A DNA stretch of 64,000 bases from Candidatus Falkowbacteria bacterium (lineage in GTDB: Bacteria; Patescibacteriota; Patescibacteriia; UBA11705): assembly GCA_003518055.1 (NCBI GenBank), contig DOZJ01000006.1, forward strand, positions 201,631 to 265,630, written 5' to 3'. The notes beneath the pieces are model-generated. The model was not told the origin of the DNA and ran no database searches. It saw only the letters and a list, made by a program, of their open reading frames with translations. Below are positions 27,254 to 37,724 of the stretch, piece by piece. Position 1 is the stretch's first letter. Each line of letters starts with the position of its first letter. The translations under genes and the position numbers were made by a program.

Positions 27254-28465
27254 TCATCGCTTGAAAGGAACCAATGGTAATGCATGAGTCGGACAATGTT
27301 CGGTGGCGCAGTTTCCTTTGAAATCCACATCAGAAATAATAGTTTGGTAGTCACATCTGATGTTTGGGCAAAAACAGTATTTTTTTTGATTTTCTTCTTT
27401 CCATGCTTTCCATTCTGCGACCGATGCAGCCGCTTTTTCTTCTTCTTGGCGTTTTTTTTCTGCCGCCACCTTTATAAACAGTACTGCTAGTTCCAATTGG
27501 CGTATAAATTGTTCTTTGGCTACTCTTTGTCTTTCTAATTCTGCTTCACGCCTTTTTTCATCTTCGATCTGTTTCAAACGTTCAAATTCGATTTGCCGTT
27601 GTCGTTCTTGTTCGATTTGTTTCTGTTTGGCCAGTTCTATTTCATGGAGTTGTGTTTCCGCTTTCTTTTTTTCCAATATACGTAACCTACGGGATTTTTG
27701 GCGGCGTTGTTCGAGTAATTCAGCCCTTTTCTGTTTCTCAAGTTCTTTCTTTTGTTTTAATTCTTCTTCCTGTTTAGATTTAAGCAACTTCTCTTGTACT
27801 TTTTTCTTTTCTTCTGCAAAGATGTATTGATCATAAATTTCATCAAGTTCTTTGAGGTCTGCCTCTTTGGGAGGCGGCAAAATCAGCTTTTGAGTTCGGG
27901 GTTGATATTGGGTTATGACCAGATCCAAACGATCAAGTAGTCGGTCAATTTCCGCGTCTTCCATGCTGTCGAGAAGAATAATGTCTAAATCAAGCTGCTT
28001 TTCCACCCCGACCAGTTCAATTTCACCGGCTTCGGTTTTTTGTGCCGCTTCGATCACGATTTGTTTATATCCATGGGCTTTTTGTATCGCTTCAAGACAA
28101 TTTCTAATCCGCTGATTTTTAATACTTTCATCAAACCCCTGTTGACCAGTATAGCTTTTTTCCTCTTGAATTTCTTTGACGTTTCTTTGAATTTCTGATT
28201 CAAATTTGACGACTGTGCCGCGTAGCGTTTGGGCTTTGGCCGCCAGTTCGGCTTTTAGAGCTTTGACTGTTTGAAGTTTTTCTTCTGAGAGCTGCTTTTT
28301 ACTTTTGGCGTCATGTTGTTGAATATCTTTTGTAGTTTTGTGTACGCCAATTTGTTTCCGATTTGGATTTTTGTTCGGGCTTTCTGATTGTTGATGAGAG
28401 CAGGAAGCAATTATCAGCCATAGAACAGCAATGATTGTAATGCCAAGGTATTGACGGTGGAGCAT
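27254..28465 (-). CDS. array lipoprotein A: conserved helical domain + coiled coil + Cys/His C-terminal motif
   Basis: Lipobox IASC; CLEAIQ motif; YCFCPN..C...C...HCPTHALPL. Confidence 0.8.
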   Translation of the reverse strand: MLHRQYLGITIIAVLWLIIASCSHQQSESPNKNPNRKQIGVHKTTKDIQQHDAKSKKQLSEEKLQTVKALKAELAAKAQTLRGTVVKFESEIQRNVKEIQEEKSYTGQQGFDESIKNQRIRNCLEAIQKAHGYKQIVIEAAQKTEAGEIELVGVEKQLDLDIILLDSMEDAEIDRLLDRLDLVITQYQPRTQKLILPPPKEADLKELDEIYDQYIFAEEKKKVQEKLLKSKQEEELKQKKELEKQKRAELLEQRRQKSRRLRILEKKKAETQLHEIELAKQKQIEQERQRQIEFERLKQIEDEKRREAELERQRVAKEQFIRQLELAVLFIKVAAEKKRQEEEKAAASVAEWKAWKEENQKKYCFCPNIRCDYQTIISDVDFKGNCATEHCPTHALPLVPFKR

Positions 28466-28561
28466 GGTTCCTCCTTGGGTGTAGTTGTAAATGAACTTTT
28501 CATGATATTTTATATCAAAACTTCTAATTTGTCAATGAAAAAACTAACATCGGGTTAAATG

Positions 28562-30505
28562 TTAGTTGAGTTGCCGCATATCCCAAATGCAAAATCTCCA
28601 GCCGTCAGATCTCGCGAGAAGGTAACGGCCATCATGACTCCAGTCAAAGTTGGTTTGAATAAGAGGGCCGCCGCAAAGTAAGGCGGCAACAGTTTTTTGA
28701 GTTGAGTAATCTTTTACGTAGTATACGCCATGAGCTTTGGCCATGTTCGCGCTGAGAGCGGGATTTTCGGTGGTGGGATTGAGAAAATAGAGTGGATTGG
28801 TTGGCGACCAAAATTTGAGATCGACAGAATGTTCAGGCAAGGACATGGGTAAAGTTAATGGCGTTTGGGTGTTTTTTTCCGGATCCAAGACAATAATCTT
28901 ATCACCGTTGGCAATCAGTAATTGCTGGCCATGCCACCACATGTGAGTTTTCGCGGTAACAAGCGGTAGACGACTGAGGAGGCTGTTGGTAACCGTATTC
29001 CAGACAGACACTCTGAGGCCTGTTTGATCCTTGACCAGCGTGGCCAATCGATGGTTGGCGTAGTTTAAGCGAACGATTTGGACTTTATTGCATTCAGTGG
29101 CAAACAAAGTCGGATCCGAGGCGTCCGGACATTCATTGAGCTCAACCATGACGGTATTGGTCGTGAAATCAAGCAATCTGATTTTTCCTGATTCTCCGTA
29201 GTAAAAAGATTTTGAATCTTTATCGCATGAAGAATTGGCTCGAAATGAAATTGAAAGATTAGATGCAAATGCCTTACTGTAACCCAGTCTTGAATAACAA
29301 GAGTCAGGAGAAATGCATGATCCCTGATGAACAACATACCCATGGTCTGTCCAGCTGATTAATTTATTCCTGGCGTCAGCGCAGCTTACAGATTCATAAG
29401 CTGTGAAAATGGTTTCCCCAGATTCAATTGCCCAAATCCGAAATGTAGATCTGACTGTATCTGTAGCTGAACATGCCACCTGATCGATAATGGCCAGTCT
29501 TTGATCATCGGTTGACCAGACAACGTCAGTAAGATTTCCGATATAACGTTCTTGAAAAGAGGTGATTATATTTTCAGTGCCGGTTTCGTTAATCAGAATT
29601 TGTGTCGTTGAACTGCCATTGATTAATGCGATATACTTTCCAGAGTAAGAAAATCTGGCGAATCTAAAATGGCCGCCTAGCTGTTCGATGGTGATGTGGA
29701 AAGCCGGCCGAACGACCTTGATCCGCGACAGATCGGCTTGAACTCGTTTTTCTTGTTCGATTCTTCTTTGTTCCTCGAGCTCTTTTTGACGCTGTAAGGC
29801 GGTTTGTTGGTCTTGGAGGTCTTTTTGCCGTTGCAATTCCAATTGGCGTTGTTGGTCTTTGGCCGCTTCTTCCGGTCGAATATAATGGTCGTAGATTTCA
29901 GACAATGGTTTTAGGTCGGTTTTTTCATCGGTGAGGACCAACCTGTTGGAGTCGGGTTGGATGCGAGTGATGACCAAGTCAAGATCAGCCAGAATATTAT
30001 TGATTTCGTCTTCATCCAAGCTATTAAACATGATGGCGTCAAGTCTTAATTTTTTTTCCAAGGTACTGAGTTCAACGGTGCCCGCTTGGGTCAGATGGAT
30101 ATGTTTGTTCACAATTTGAATGTAGGCATTAGCTGTTTGGATCGCTTCGAGACAACCTCGGATTTTTTCATCCTTGATCGCTTGATCAAAACCAATCAAA
30201 CCGGTTCGGCTTTTCTCCGTCTTAATTTCGATAACATTAGCGTTGATTTCAGCATCAATTTGGGTCAGGGTAGCGGCAAGGGTGGTTTCTTTTTGTTGAA
30301 GCACGGATTTGAGCGTTTGAACTTCTTGTAGTTTTTCCGTGGTTAATTCTTGCTTGCTTTTTGTCGCTTTAGCCGCGGGGACAATTTTGACACTTTCGGT
30401 TGGCTTCATTTCGTCGGAATGGTTGGGGTTGGAATTACAGGCGAGGCCGGTCATGATGATTAAAATTCCAAACGCTAGCGTCTCAAAGAAATTTGATGAT
30501 TTCAT
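28562..30505 (-). CDS. array lipoprotein B: conserved helical domain + WD40-like propeller
   Basis: GLAC lipobox; CLEAIQ; VVWSTDD, FRIW, WSHDGRYL, IWD. Confidence 0.8.
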   Translation of the reverse strand: MKSSNFFETLAFGILIIMTGLACNSNPNHSDEMKPTESVKIVPAAKATKSKQELTTEKLQEVQTLKSVLQQKETTLAATLTQIDAEINANVIEIKTEKSRTGLIGFDQAIKDEKIRGCLEAIQTANAYIQIVNKHIHLTQAGTVELSTLEKKLRLDAIMFNSLDEDEINNILADLDLVITRIQPDSNRLVLTDEKTDLKPLSEIYDHYIRPEEAAKDQQRQLELQRQKDLQDQQTALQRQKELEEQRRIEQEKRVQADLSRIKVVRPAFHITIEQLGGHFRFARFSYSGKYIALINGSSTTQILINETGTENIITSFQERYIGNLTDVVWSTDDQRLAIIDQVACSATDTVRSTFRIWAIESGETIFTAYESVSCADARNKLISWTDHGYVVHQGSCISPDSCYSRLGYSKAFASNLSISFRANSSCDKDSKSFYYGESGKIRLLDFTTNTVMVELNECPDASDPTLFATECNKVQIVRLNYANHRLATLVKDQTGLRVSVWNTVTNSLLSRLPLVTAKTHMWWHGQQLLIANGDKIIVLDPEKNTQTPLTLPMSLPEHSVDLKFWSPTNPLYFLNPTTENPALSANMAKAHGVYYVKDYSTQKTVAALLCGGPLIQTNFDWSHDGRYLLARSDGWRFCIWDMRQLN

Positions 30506-30602
30506 GGGTGGTCTCCTGTTTGGTTGTCAAGGGTCATTCAATTAAAGCTACCTCTAATCGCACTCTTTGTCAATGAAAAAACTAACATTGGTTGATGTTA
30601 GT

Positions 30603-32915
30603 TTAGTAAACCATGATTGTTAGAGGAAGGTGATGCTTGGGGCATTTTTTTCTAGAGCACGGAAGAGTTCTCGAGGCATCTCTTGCGAAATCACAACTCT
30701 CATTCGGACAAGTGCAATAATCCCTGTTGTTTGGGTCATCAGGCTCCATTTCACTGTAGTTATTTTCATAATCATCTTTTGTATAACTTTTTTTTGCGTA
30801 TTTCAGGTATTCAGAATATTGTTTTTCATTAAGAAGTGGGATTCCATGCTCTAAACAAGTTTGTTTTGAACACGTATCGAACTTTTTAATATACACAGTG
30901 GTAGCTTCAATTGGACAATAACAGTGAGAACCTTCGGGAATTTTAACTTCTACATATCGTGGTGATGATAATTGAGGATCGACTGGAGTAACTTCTAGGG
31001 GCGGGGTGGTCGGTGCGGTTTCAATTTCAACTTCGGGTTCTTTTGGTTTTTGGGGTGGTGGTGTGAAAGGTGGTGAGTATGGTGGTGAGTAAGTCACATT
31101 CCACAAACAATAATTCCATCCGTTAGTTAATCCGATGATGTGTTTCCCATCTGGACTCCACGATATTTCCCCAGCAATTCTTTGATTGCAGAGTAGAGCG
31201 GCGATGGTGCTTTCTGATTCTATGTCTTTAATATAGTACTTCCCATAAGCCGCCGCTATTTTTTTCGCTAGACCAGTGACTTCTGTCGTCGGACTTAGAA
31301 ATACATAGGGATCTCGAGGCGACCAAGAAATATCGGCGGTAACAAAGAAGCTGGTTTTTTTTAATTCCCATTTTTGGGAGCCCAGTTTGTAGATCTCGCC
31401 ACCGGTGACAATTACAAGAGCATCGCCCCACCACCAGAATTGGGTGTCGGGAACGAGTTTAATCATGGAGTTGATCTTTTCTTTGGTCGTGGTGTCCCAG
31501 ACTGATAGTCTGTATCCTTTTTTGTCTTGAACAAAGGTTACAAGGCGATCGCGTTCATATAGCATCTGGAGCACAACGACTGAACTGCATTCTGTTTTAA
31601 ACAGATTTGGATCTGATTTATCAGGACATTCATTAACTTCAACGGTTTCTTGGCCGGTGTTTAAGTCATACAACTTTACTTTTCCGTCTTTACTATAATA
31701 AAAAGAATGATCATCTTTCCAAAACGTGGAAGAAGCTCGGAATGAATGTTTGCCGATTCTTTCTCCAGTATCGCTAAGAATGTTCACATGACAATTGTAA
31801 CCAGCACTATCTCCATAAATTACAATGTTTATTTTATTCCAACCAAGAAGCTGGGGAGTACAACCGGAATAGTCAAGCGAAACGTTAACGGAAGTATAAT
31901 CACGTTGATCCACCGACCAAACTCTAAATGTTTGATCTACACAATTTCCTGATAATACGGCGATGGTTTTGTCATCCGGAGACCAAGCGACATCATATAA
32001 GGCGTGAAGTTTATGAGCCCTTTCTGCTGGCACAGGGATAGGGATTTCGGTTGTTTCGGGTGGATCTTTGCTAAAATCTTCAATATAGAGTTTTCTTTGG
32101 TCATTACTTGTACCATATAGTAAGACTAGTGGTTTTGAGTGTGCCCATAGAACACGAGTCACTGCAGCATCCGCACCTTGAATCGTTTTGTATAAAGTGG
32201 GTTCAATTATCGGCATTTCTTGAAGTTGTTGCTTGGATTCTTCTTGGTGTTCAAGTTCTACTTGTCTTTGTCGCTCTTTTCCTCGTTCTTCTCGCCCAAT
32301 ATATTGTTCATAAATATCAGGCAGTGGCTGGCGGTCAATATCTTCCTCGGTAACGATTGATTCCACAGCATTTGGGCCTACGCGATCGATAACTAGATTT
32401 AGATCGGTGATGAGATCATCGAGTTTGGCTTCTTCCAGCCCTTCGAGATAGATAACGCCAAGTTCAGTTTGTTTCTCTTCTCCTTTTAAGTCTACTAACC
32501 CAGCTTCGGTGATTTGGGCGTGTTTGGTATAAGATTGTTTGTAGGCGTGGGCTGTCTGTATGGCTTCAAGGCAGTGACTAATAGAGACTTGTTGCATGGA
32601 CTGTTCAAAGCCGGTAATGCCGGCGCGGCTTTGTTCAGTTTTGATTTCAGCTACGTTAGCGGTGATTTTCGCATCAAACTTAGCAAGTGTGGTTTGTAAA
32701 ACGGTTTTTTTCTGTTGCAGTGCAACGGAGAGATCTTTTATTGCCTGTAGTTTTTCTTGATACAAGAGAACTTTGCTTTTTTTATCAATGGGTTTCGGAG
32801 TGTAGCGAATTACTACTTCATCCGGAGGCGGAGGTACCGGAGTTTCAGTCTTGTTGCAGGCGGCAAAAATCATGATGGTAGCTAGGAAAAAACAAAAGAT
32901 GGGTTTAGATCTCAT
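30603..32915 (-). CDS. array lipoprotein C: helical domain + propeller + Pro linker + two Cys/His motifs
   Basis: FAAC lipobox; CLEAIQ; VAWSPDD, WSPDGKH; HCYCP..HGIPL and YCTCPN..HHLPL. Confidence 0.8.
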   Translation of the reverse strand: MRSKPIFCFFLATIMIFAACNKTETPVPPPPDEVVIRYTPKPIDKKSKVLLYQEKLQAIKDLSVALQQKKTVLQTTLAKFDAKITANVAEIKTEQSRAGITGFEQSMQQVSISHCLEAIQTAHAYKQSYTKHAQITEAGLVDLKGEEKQTELGVIYLEGLEEAKLDDLITDLNLVIDRVGPNAVESIVTEEDIDRQPLPDIYEQYIGREERGKERQRQVELEHQEESKQQLQEMPIIEPTLYKTIQGADAAVTRVLWAHSKPLVLLYGTSNDQRKLYIEDFSKDPPETTEIPIPVPAERAHKLHALYDVAWSPDDKTIAVLSGNCVDQTFRVWSVDQRDYTSVNVSLDYSGCTPQLLGWNKINIVIYGDSAGYNCHVNILSDTGERIGKHSFRASSTFWKDDHSFYYSKDGKVKLYDLNTGQETVEVNECPDKSDPNLFKTECSSVVVLQMLYERDRLVTFVQDKKGYRLSVWDTTTKEKINSMIKLVPDTQFWWWGDALVIVTGGEIYKLGSQKWELKKTSFFVTADISWSPRDPYVFLSPTTEVTGLAKKIAAAYGKYYIKDIESESTIAALLCNQRIAGEISWSPDGKHIIGLTNGWNYCLWNVTYSPPYSPPFTPPPQKPKEPEVEIETAPTTPPLEVTPVDPQLSSPRYVEVKIPEGSHCYCPIEATTVYIKKFDTCSKQTCLEHGIPLLNEKQYSEYLKYAKKSYTKDDYENNYSEMEPDDPNNRDYCTCPNESCDFARDASRTLPCSRKKCPKHHLPLTIMVY

Positions 32916-33198
32916 GGATTTTCTCCTGTTGGGGTTGTCAAAGGGCTTTCAATTAAGGGTAGTGGTTATGGGGTGTTTTGTCAATCAAAAAACAGGTTTC
33001 TTTGTTGGTTGAAGTAATTAATTATAAATACATAATATTGATCTAAAAATTTGTTTATATGGTTGACGGAAAAATAAGTTTGTGTTAATGTATTCTGTCA
33101 AACATAAACGGAGGGTGCGTGAGAGCGAATTTTGTTTTTGCGTTTGAAATTGTCCGGGTAAAAACCAATCAACTTCAAATTCAACCAAGGAGGGCAGC

Positions 33199-33684
33199 AT
33201 GAGGCTGATGGTTAAATTTCAGCAGGCGGTTGGATGTGAGGCGGCTCAGCAGATTCTGGCGCCGTTTATGGCTCGGTTGGCTTTGATTGAGTCAAAGACG
33301 TATCAACTATTGATGTTTAATGAAGTCTCAGTGGAAGAATTGCTACGAATGTTTTTTTCTCAGATGAAGCAGTCAGAATCAAAGGTGCATTTTTTCCCCA
33401 GTTCAAAAAGTGTTATTCTGTCGGCCAAGAATCAGGCTCCTGATGTGGTGGTTACCACGATTATTAGCGAATTGACTGAGCAGCAGCTGCTTTTGCTTAA
33501 AGTTGTTTATGATTTGTACCAGTTGAATCAAGATGAAAAGGTTTTTCTCGTTTTTGTTAACGCCTTGAGCGATTTTTGGCGAGCCAAAGGAGATGGCGGT
33601 TTTTATCAGATGATTGGGGTGGATGCGGATGATGTGTGGCGCTTTTGGCAGGAATTTAGAGACCGGCAAATGCGAATGAGGTAA
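33199..33684 (+). CDS. hypothetical protein
   Basis: AAGGAGG SD, upstream promoter. Confidence 0.6.
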   Translation: MRLMVKFQQAVGCEAAQQILAPFMARLALIESKTYQLLMFNEVSVEELLRMFFSQMKQSESKVHFFPSSKSVILSAKNQAPDVVVTTIISELTEQQLLLLKVVYDLYQLNQDEKVFLVFVNALSDFWRAKGDGGFYQMIGVDADDVWRFWQEFRDRQMRMR

Positions 33685-33893
33685 AGAATTTATGGTGGAA
33701 AAAAATAATGAAAGTATCAGTCAATTGAGTTGGTTTGAATTGATAATAATCCGTAAGAGCTAAACAAGCTCTTTTTTGGTGGGAAAAAAGTGCGAGATAA
33801 AAATTGAAAGAAGTATCAACTGGTAATAAAACGTGCTTGACAAAAATAACGCTTATTGATAGTATAAACACATAATATTCATTTGAAACTTAT

Positions 33894-34010
33894 ATGCATA
33901 AAATTAGACCGAGTGAACGCGCAAGCAAATTTCTCAATCCGGTAAAGAAGGACAAAAAGTCCAAAAAGGCGAAAATCAGGGACCGGAAGAAAAAGACTAA
34001 AATGCGATAA
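33894..34010 (+). CDS. 38-aa highly basic peptide, absent from the ORF track
   Basis: MHKIRPSERASKFLNPVKKDKKSKKAKIRDRKKKTKMR; TTGACA(33837) promoter and CAGC-TGAAAA-GCTG-T7 terminator. Confidence 0.6.
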   Translation: MHKIRPSERASKFLNPVKKDKKSKKAKIRDRKKKTKMR

Positions 34011-34159
34011 AAAAAATTCAGCTGAAAAGCTGTTTTTTTGTTTTTAGCCAAAAATTTCAGGCTTTCAACTGATGCGAGGTACTGTTTATGGTTTATGCCC
34101 AACGGTTTTTACAAAAAGGAAAAAATTTTGTATAATTTATCCATAATATATTAAAGATT

Positions 34160-34633
34160 ATGACTATACTTTTTAAGGAGAGGCAGCTGATGCAGCCGAT
34201 TTTTACGGTTGTTAATCTCGGGGTCATCGGGTTCCTGTTGTATTCCATTTTAGTTTACAATGAACAGTACAGTCGAGGTTCGTTGATTTTTTTGGCGGCC
34301 GCGCTATGCGTCTTATCGTTTACCATGATTAATTTCGCGGTCTTAAACATTAGAGTGACGGAAACAGCGTTGGATTTTGGTTTTGGATTATTCAAACGAT
34401 CATTTTTTATCAAAAATTTGGTCGAGGTGGAAATCCAGAAATACGAATTTCGTCGTTTTGGCGGTTATGGTATCCGAAAATCATTAACCGGCGAAACCGG
34501 TTTTGTCGCTCGCGGCGGAAGCGGAGTATATTTTCGCGATACTAATTCCGGAAAAAAAGTCTATCTCAGCAGCGATAAACCGGAAGAATTGTATACCAAA
34601 TTGATTGAAAATGGTGCGATGGAAAAAAGGTAG
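34160..34633 (+). CDS. membrane protein with PH-like domain
   Basis: Two TM segments; FGGYGIR, G.GV, S..PEEL pattern. Confidence 0.7.
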   Translation: MTILFKERQLMQPIFTVVNLGVIGFLLYSILVYNEQYSRGSLIFLAAALCVLSFTMINFAVLNIRVTETALDFGFGLFKRSFFIKNLVEVEIQKYEFRRFGGYGIRKSLTGETGFVARGGSGVYFRDTNSGKKVYLSSDKPEELYTKLIENGAMEKR

Positions 34634-34675
34634 TCTTTATATAAAAAGTAAAAGACCGCATTGTTATGCTGTTTT

Positions 34676-35466
34676 TTAATAGGGGCCATGTTTGACTTCT
34701 TGTTGTTTAATTTGCCAATAATTGCGAAGGTCTTCTAACGCCGTGCCATACTCTGAACAGGGACCTGCTTCGGCTTGTTCGGGATCAGGTGGCGAGAATG
34801 TGGCTTTGGGCAGTTTCTTGTATCTTTCCGGAAAGTAAATGCGTTTAACGATTTCGGGTGTGATTGGTTTTAGTTCAATTTGAAATTGAGGATCAAACCC
34901 CGGTTCGCTCGCAAAGTAAAAATCATCGGTTGCTCGTTCTGAATACCAGATTAGTGGTTGGCCGTCATTACCAAAATAGCGGGTGTTTTGAGTTGTTTTG
35001 ATTGACACGATTTCGTGTGATACGGGTTTTTTAAACTGTTGCGCTCTGGCAATTGTTTTGATGTTATCAGGATCTTTGATAACAGGATTGCCGGTCTGAG
35101 GATCAATTTCCCACGAGCAAGGAACTTCGATATAACCGACACTACCCATAATGACACAGATCAGGTGTTTACGTCGGCGAAGGAGAAAATCATGCCTACG
35201 CTGATGATAAAAAAGATAGCCGGCAGAAAAGCGATGATTTTGGCTAGCCAAGTATTGATTGCGGCATGAACTTCCATGTATTCAGCGAACCAAGGGAAGA
35301 CCAAGAAGAAAGCGATAATACTGCCGAATTTAAACAGGCTGAATAACATCAGGAGGCCAAAGGCTACTAAAATAAAACCCCAAATGAGTTTTTTCCGATT
35401 GTGCTTGGTCACCGGTGTTTCAGTTTTGTTGGATTCGGATTTGATCGCAGCAAATGGTTTTGTCAT
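34676..35466 (-). pseudogene. frameshifted and internally deleted paralog of 25898..26758
   Basis: Two track ORFs each align to the intact copy; 1-nt loss near 35180 and about 34 codons missing. Confidence 0.85.
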
Positions 35467-35567
35467 GATCAGCTCCTCGCCGGAGGTTTGGAAATGAACA
35501 GGTTATATATCGTTGTACATTGTTTTGTGTCTAATGTCAACAAAAAACTAACATCTTTGGTGTTAGT

Positions 35568-37565
35568 TTAATCGAGTAACGAGGTGTCCCAAACAGCAAC
35601 TTTTAGTTCGCGGTTAATTCCTATCAGGTAGCGGTTGGTTGGATCCCAGTGGAAGTTGACGGCATCATCTTTGATAAATCCATCGGGGAAAAAGTCAAAT
35701 GGAGCTTTCAAAACAGCTAAGAATTGTTTTGGTTGCAAGTGATCTTTGAAGAGCCTATAAGTTTTACAAATATACGTTGGAGTTGGTTCAAGCTGTAGTC
35801 CTGAAGATTTGACAGGTGTCGTTTTTTTATAAGGTGGTTGCTCGAGAACAACAAAATAATTTTTTGACGGACGTGAAGTAATCCGGCCACTATTATATAA
35901 CATCCACCAGATGTCAATAATATTTACAACCGGTGCGTCTGTAGTAAATGAAGTTTGCGTTTTATCGCTCCAGTTCCAAAAAGATATTCTGTACGTTGTT
36001 TTAGAGAAGTCATCATTTTTGGATTCAGATAAAACTACCAAGGTTCCGTTGTCATACATAATTTGGCTAATATGCAAAAGATCTTGGCACTGTTTGAATA
36101 AATTTTTGGGATCTGACTTCCAAGGGCATTCATCGAATCCAACTTCCTTTCGTGTTGCGAGGTTGTACTCATAAAAATTATTTGCTCCAACGTGATAAAT
36201 AATTGTACCATTACCCGTTGCAACAGTCTGGTCCACATTGGTTAAATATGCTTTTCGTCGGAAGGCATACTCGTGAGATTCAGAAACATCTATGATATGT
36301 ATGGGGAAATCATTAAAAAACTTACCACCAGAAGCGCCAAATCGGTGTATTACGATTGTATCATTGGTCCAGTTAATGATGTGTTGCGCCTTAAAACAGC
36401 AGTTTGGGTCCCACCAGCAATCACGCTCACTTTGTTGGACGTTAACTCCCTTTAATATTTCACGAAAAGTTGCCTCTCTTTGAGTAAACGACCAAACCTT
36501 GAGACTGCTTTCACAATCATCATCCTTATGTTCAGTTAATATGGCAAGACCGGTATTGTCTGGTGACCACATAACATCTTTATATGATTCTGCTCTTGGA
36601 GTTAAACGGCTGAAAGGGCTATAAGCTTTTTTTTCGGCTGCATCATAAATAAAAATTCTGATAGGGGAAAAAAAAGCAAAGAGACTTGGTTTCCCGGACC
36701 AAATAACCTTGAACTCAGATAAGAATTCTTTGGCGTTACTTTCGGGGAATGGTTTATTGAGTTCAAATGTATACAGCGGTTGCAGACACAAAAAGTCGAA
36801 ATCAGGGTCTTTTGTCGTGAATTTAGCTTTTAATTGCTGTAGTACTTGTTTTTTATATTCAGCCTTTCTGGCCTCATCTTGCTGTTTTTGTTCCTGAGAT
36901 TTTTTTTGTTCCTGTTGTCTTTTTTCTTCTTCAGTCCGGATATACTTTTGGTAGATTTCATCAAGACTTTTGGTTTTGGCGTCTTGCGGGCGTGGCAACT
37001 TCAGCATTTCAGCTTGGGGTTGATATTCGGTGATGACAATATTCAGTTTGGCGATTAGATCGTCAACGCTGTCAACGTCCATTGAGTCCAAGAGTTCAAT
37101 ATCCAGTTTTAGTCTTTTTTCCAGACCATTCAATTCACTTCGTCCAAGTTCAGTTTGGCTTAGCGCTTCGGTTACGATTTGGATGTAGGCATCGGCCACG
37201 CTAATGGTTTCAAGGCAAAATTGAATATCTTTGTTAGCGATTGTTTTTTCAAGTACGGTTTGTGAGGTTTCACTTTTTTTTGCCATAATTTCATTGACAT
37301 TGGTTTGAATGTCATCAGTGAATTTTTGGATTTTTTGGCGCAATTCCGTGGCGCGATCGGATAGGCTTGCTTTCAGAAGTTGAACCTCAGATAATTTTTG
37401 ACGAGTCAAGTCCTGTTTGCTTTTAATTTCTTTGGTGGGCGCCGGTGGACTGATGACAATTACTTTTTGCGGTTGATTGGTTGGAGTTGGTGAGTTTGAA
37501 TGTTGATTGCAAGAACAGAAGGTCAGGATAATGATCGTCAGCAAGGCAAATTTTCGGTGTTTCAT
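35568..37565 (-). CDS. array lipoprotein D: helical domain + propeller
   Basis: AGGAG SD before ATG 37565; FCSC lipobox; CLETI; VMWSPD, HWDP..RYL, VWD. Confidence 0.8.
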   Translation of the reverse strand: MKHRKFALLTIIILTFCSCNQHSNSPTPTNQPQKVIVISPPAPTKEIKSKQDLTRQKLSEVQLLKASLSDRATELRQKIQKFTDDIQTNVNEIMAKKSETSQTVLEKTIANKDIQFCLETISVADAYIQIVTEALSQTELGRSELNGLEKRLKLDIELLDSMDVDSVDDLIAKLNIVITEYQPQAEMLKLPRPQDAKTKSLDEIYQKYIRTEEEKRQQEQKKSQEQKQQDEARKAEYKKQVLQQLKAKFTTKDPDFDFLCLQPLYTFELNKPFPESNAKEFLSEFKVIWSGKPSLFAFFSPIRIFIYDAAEKKAYSPFSRLTPRAESYKDVMWSPDNTGLAILTEHKDDDCESSLKVWSFTQREATFREILKGVNVQQSERDCWWDPNCCFKAQHIINWTNDTIVIHRFGASGGKFFNDFPIHIIDVSESHEYAFRRKAYLTNVDQTVATGNGTIIYHVGANNFYEYNLATRKEVGFDECPWKSDPKNLFKQCQDLLHISQIMYDNGTLVVLSESKNDDFSKTTYRISFWNWSDKTQTSFTTDAPVVNIIDIWWMLYNSGRITSRPSKNYFVVLEQPPYKKTTPVKSSGLQLEPTPTYICKTYRLFKDHLQPKQFLAVLKAPFDFFPDGFIKDDAVNFHWDPTNRYLIGINRELKVAVWDTSLLD

Positions 37566-37724
37566 GGTTGGTCTCCTAGTTTGGTTGTCAATGGGCATTC
37601 CTTTATGTTTACATCGAATTGATAATTTTGTCAAATGATCAGGGATGAAAAGTCTGTAGGGATTGTATTTACCTTACTCGAATAAATATGCTATAATTAT
37701 GAATGAATTAAAATCATTTTGGTT

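Noticed and set aside
27213-35568. Integron attC sites (TAAC..GTTA)
   Set aside because: Only 25-30 bp, no L boxes, imperfect RYYYAAC/GTTRRRY, U-tract typical of terminators and no intI in the window
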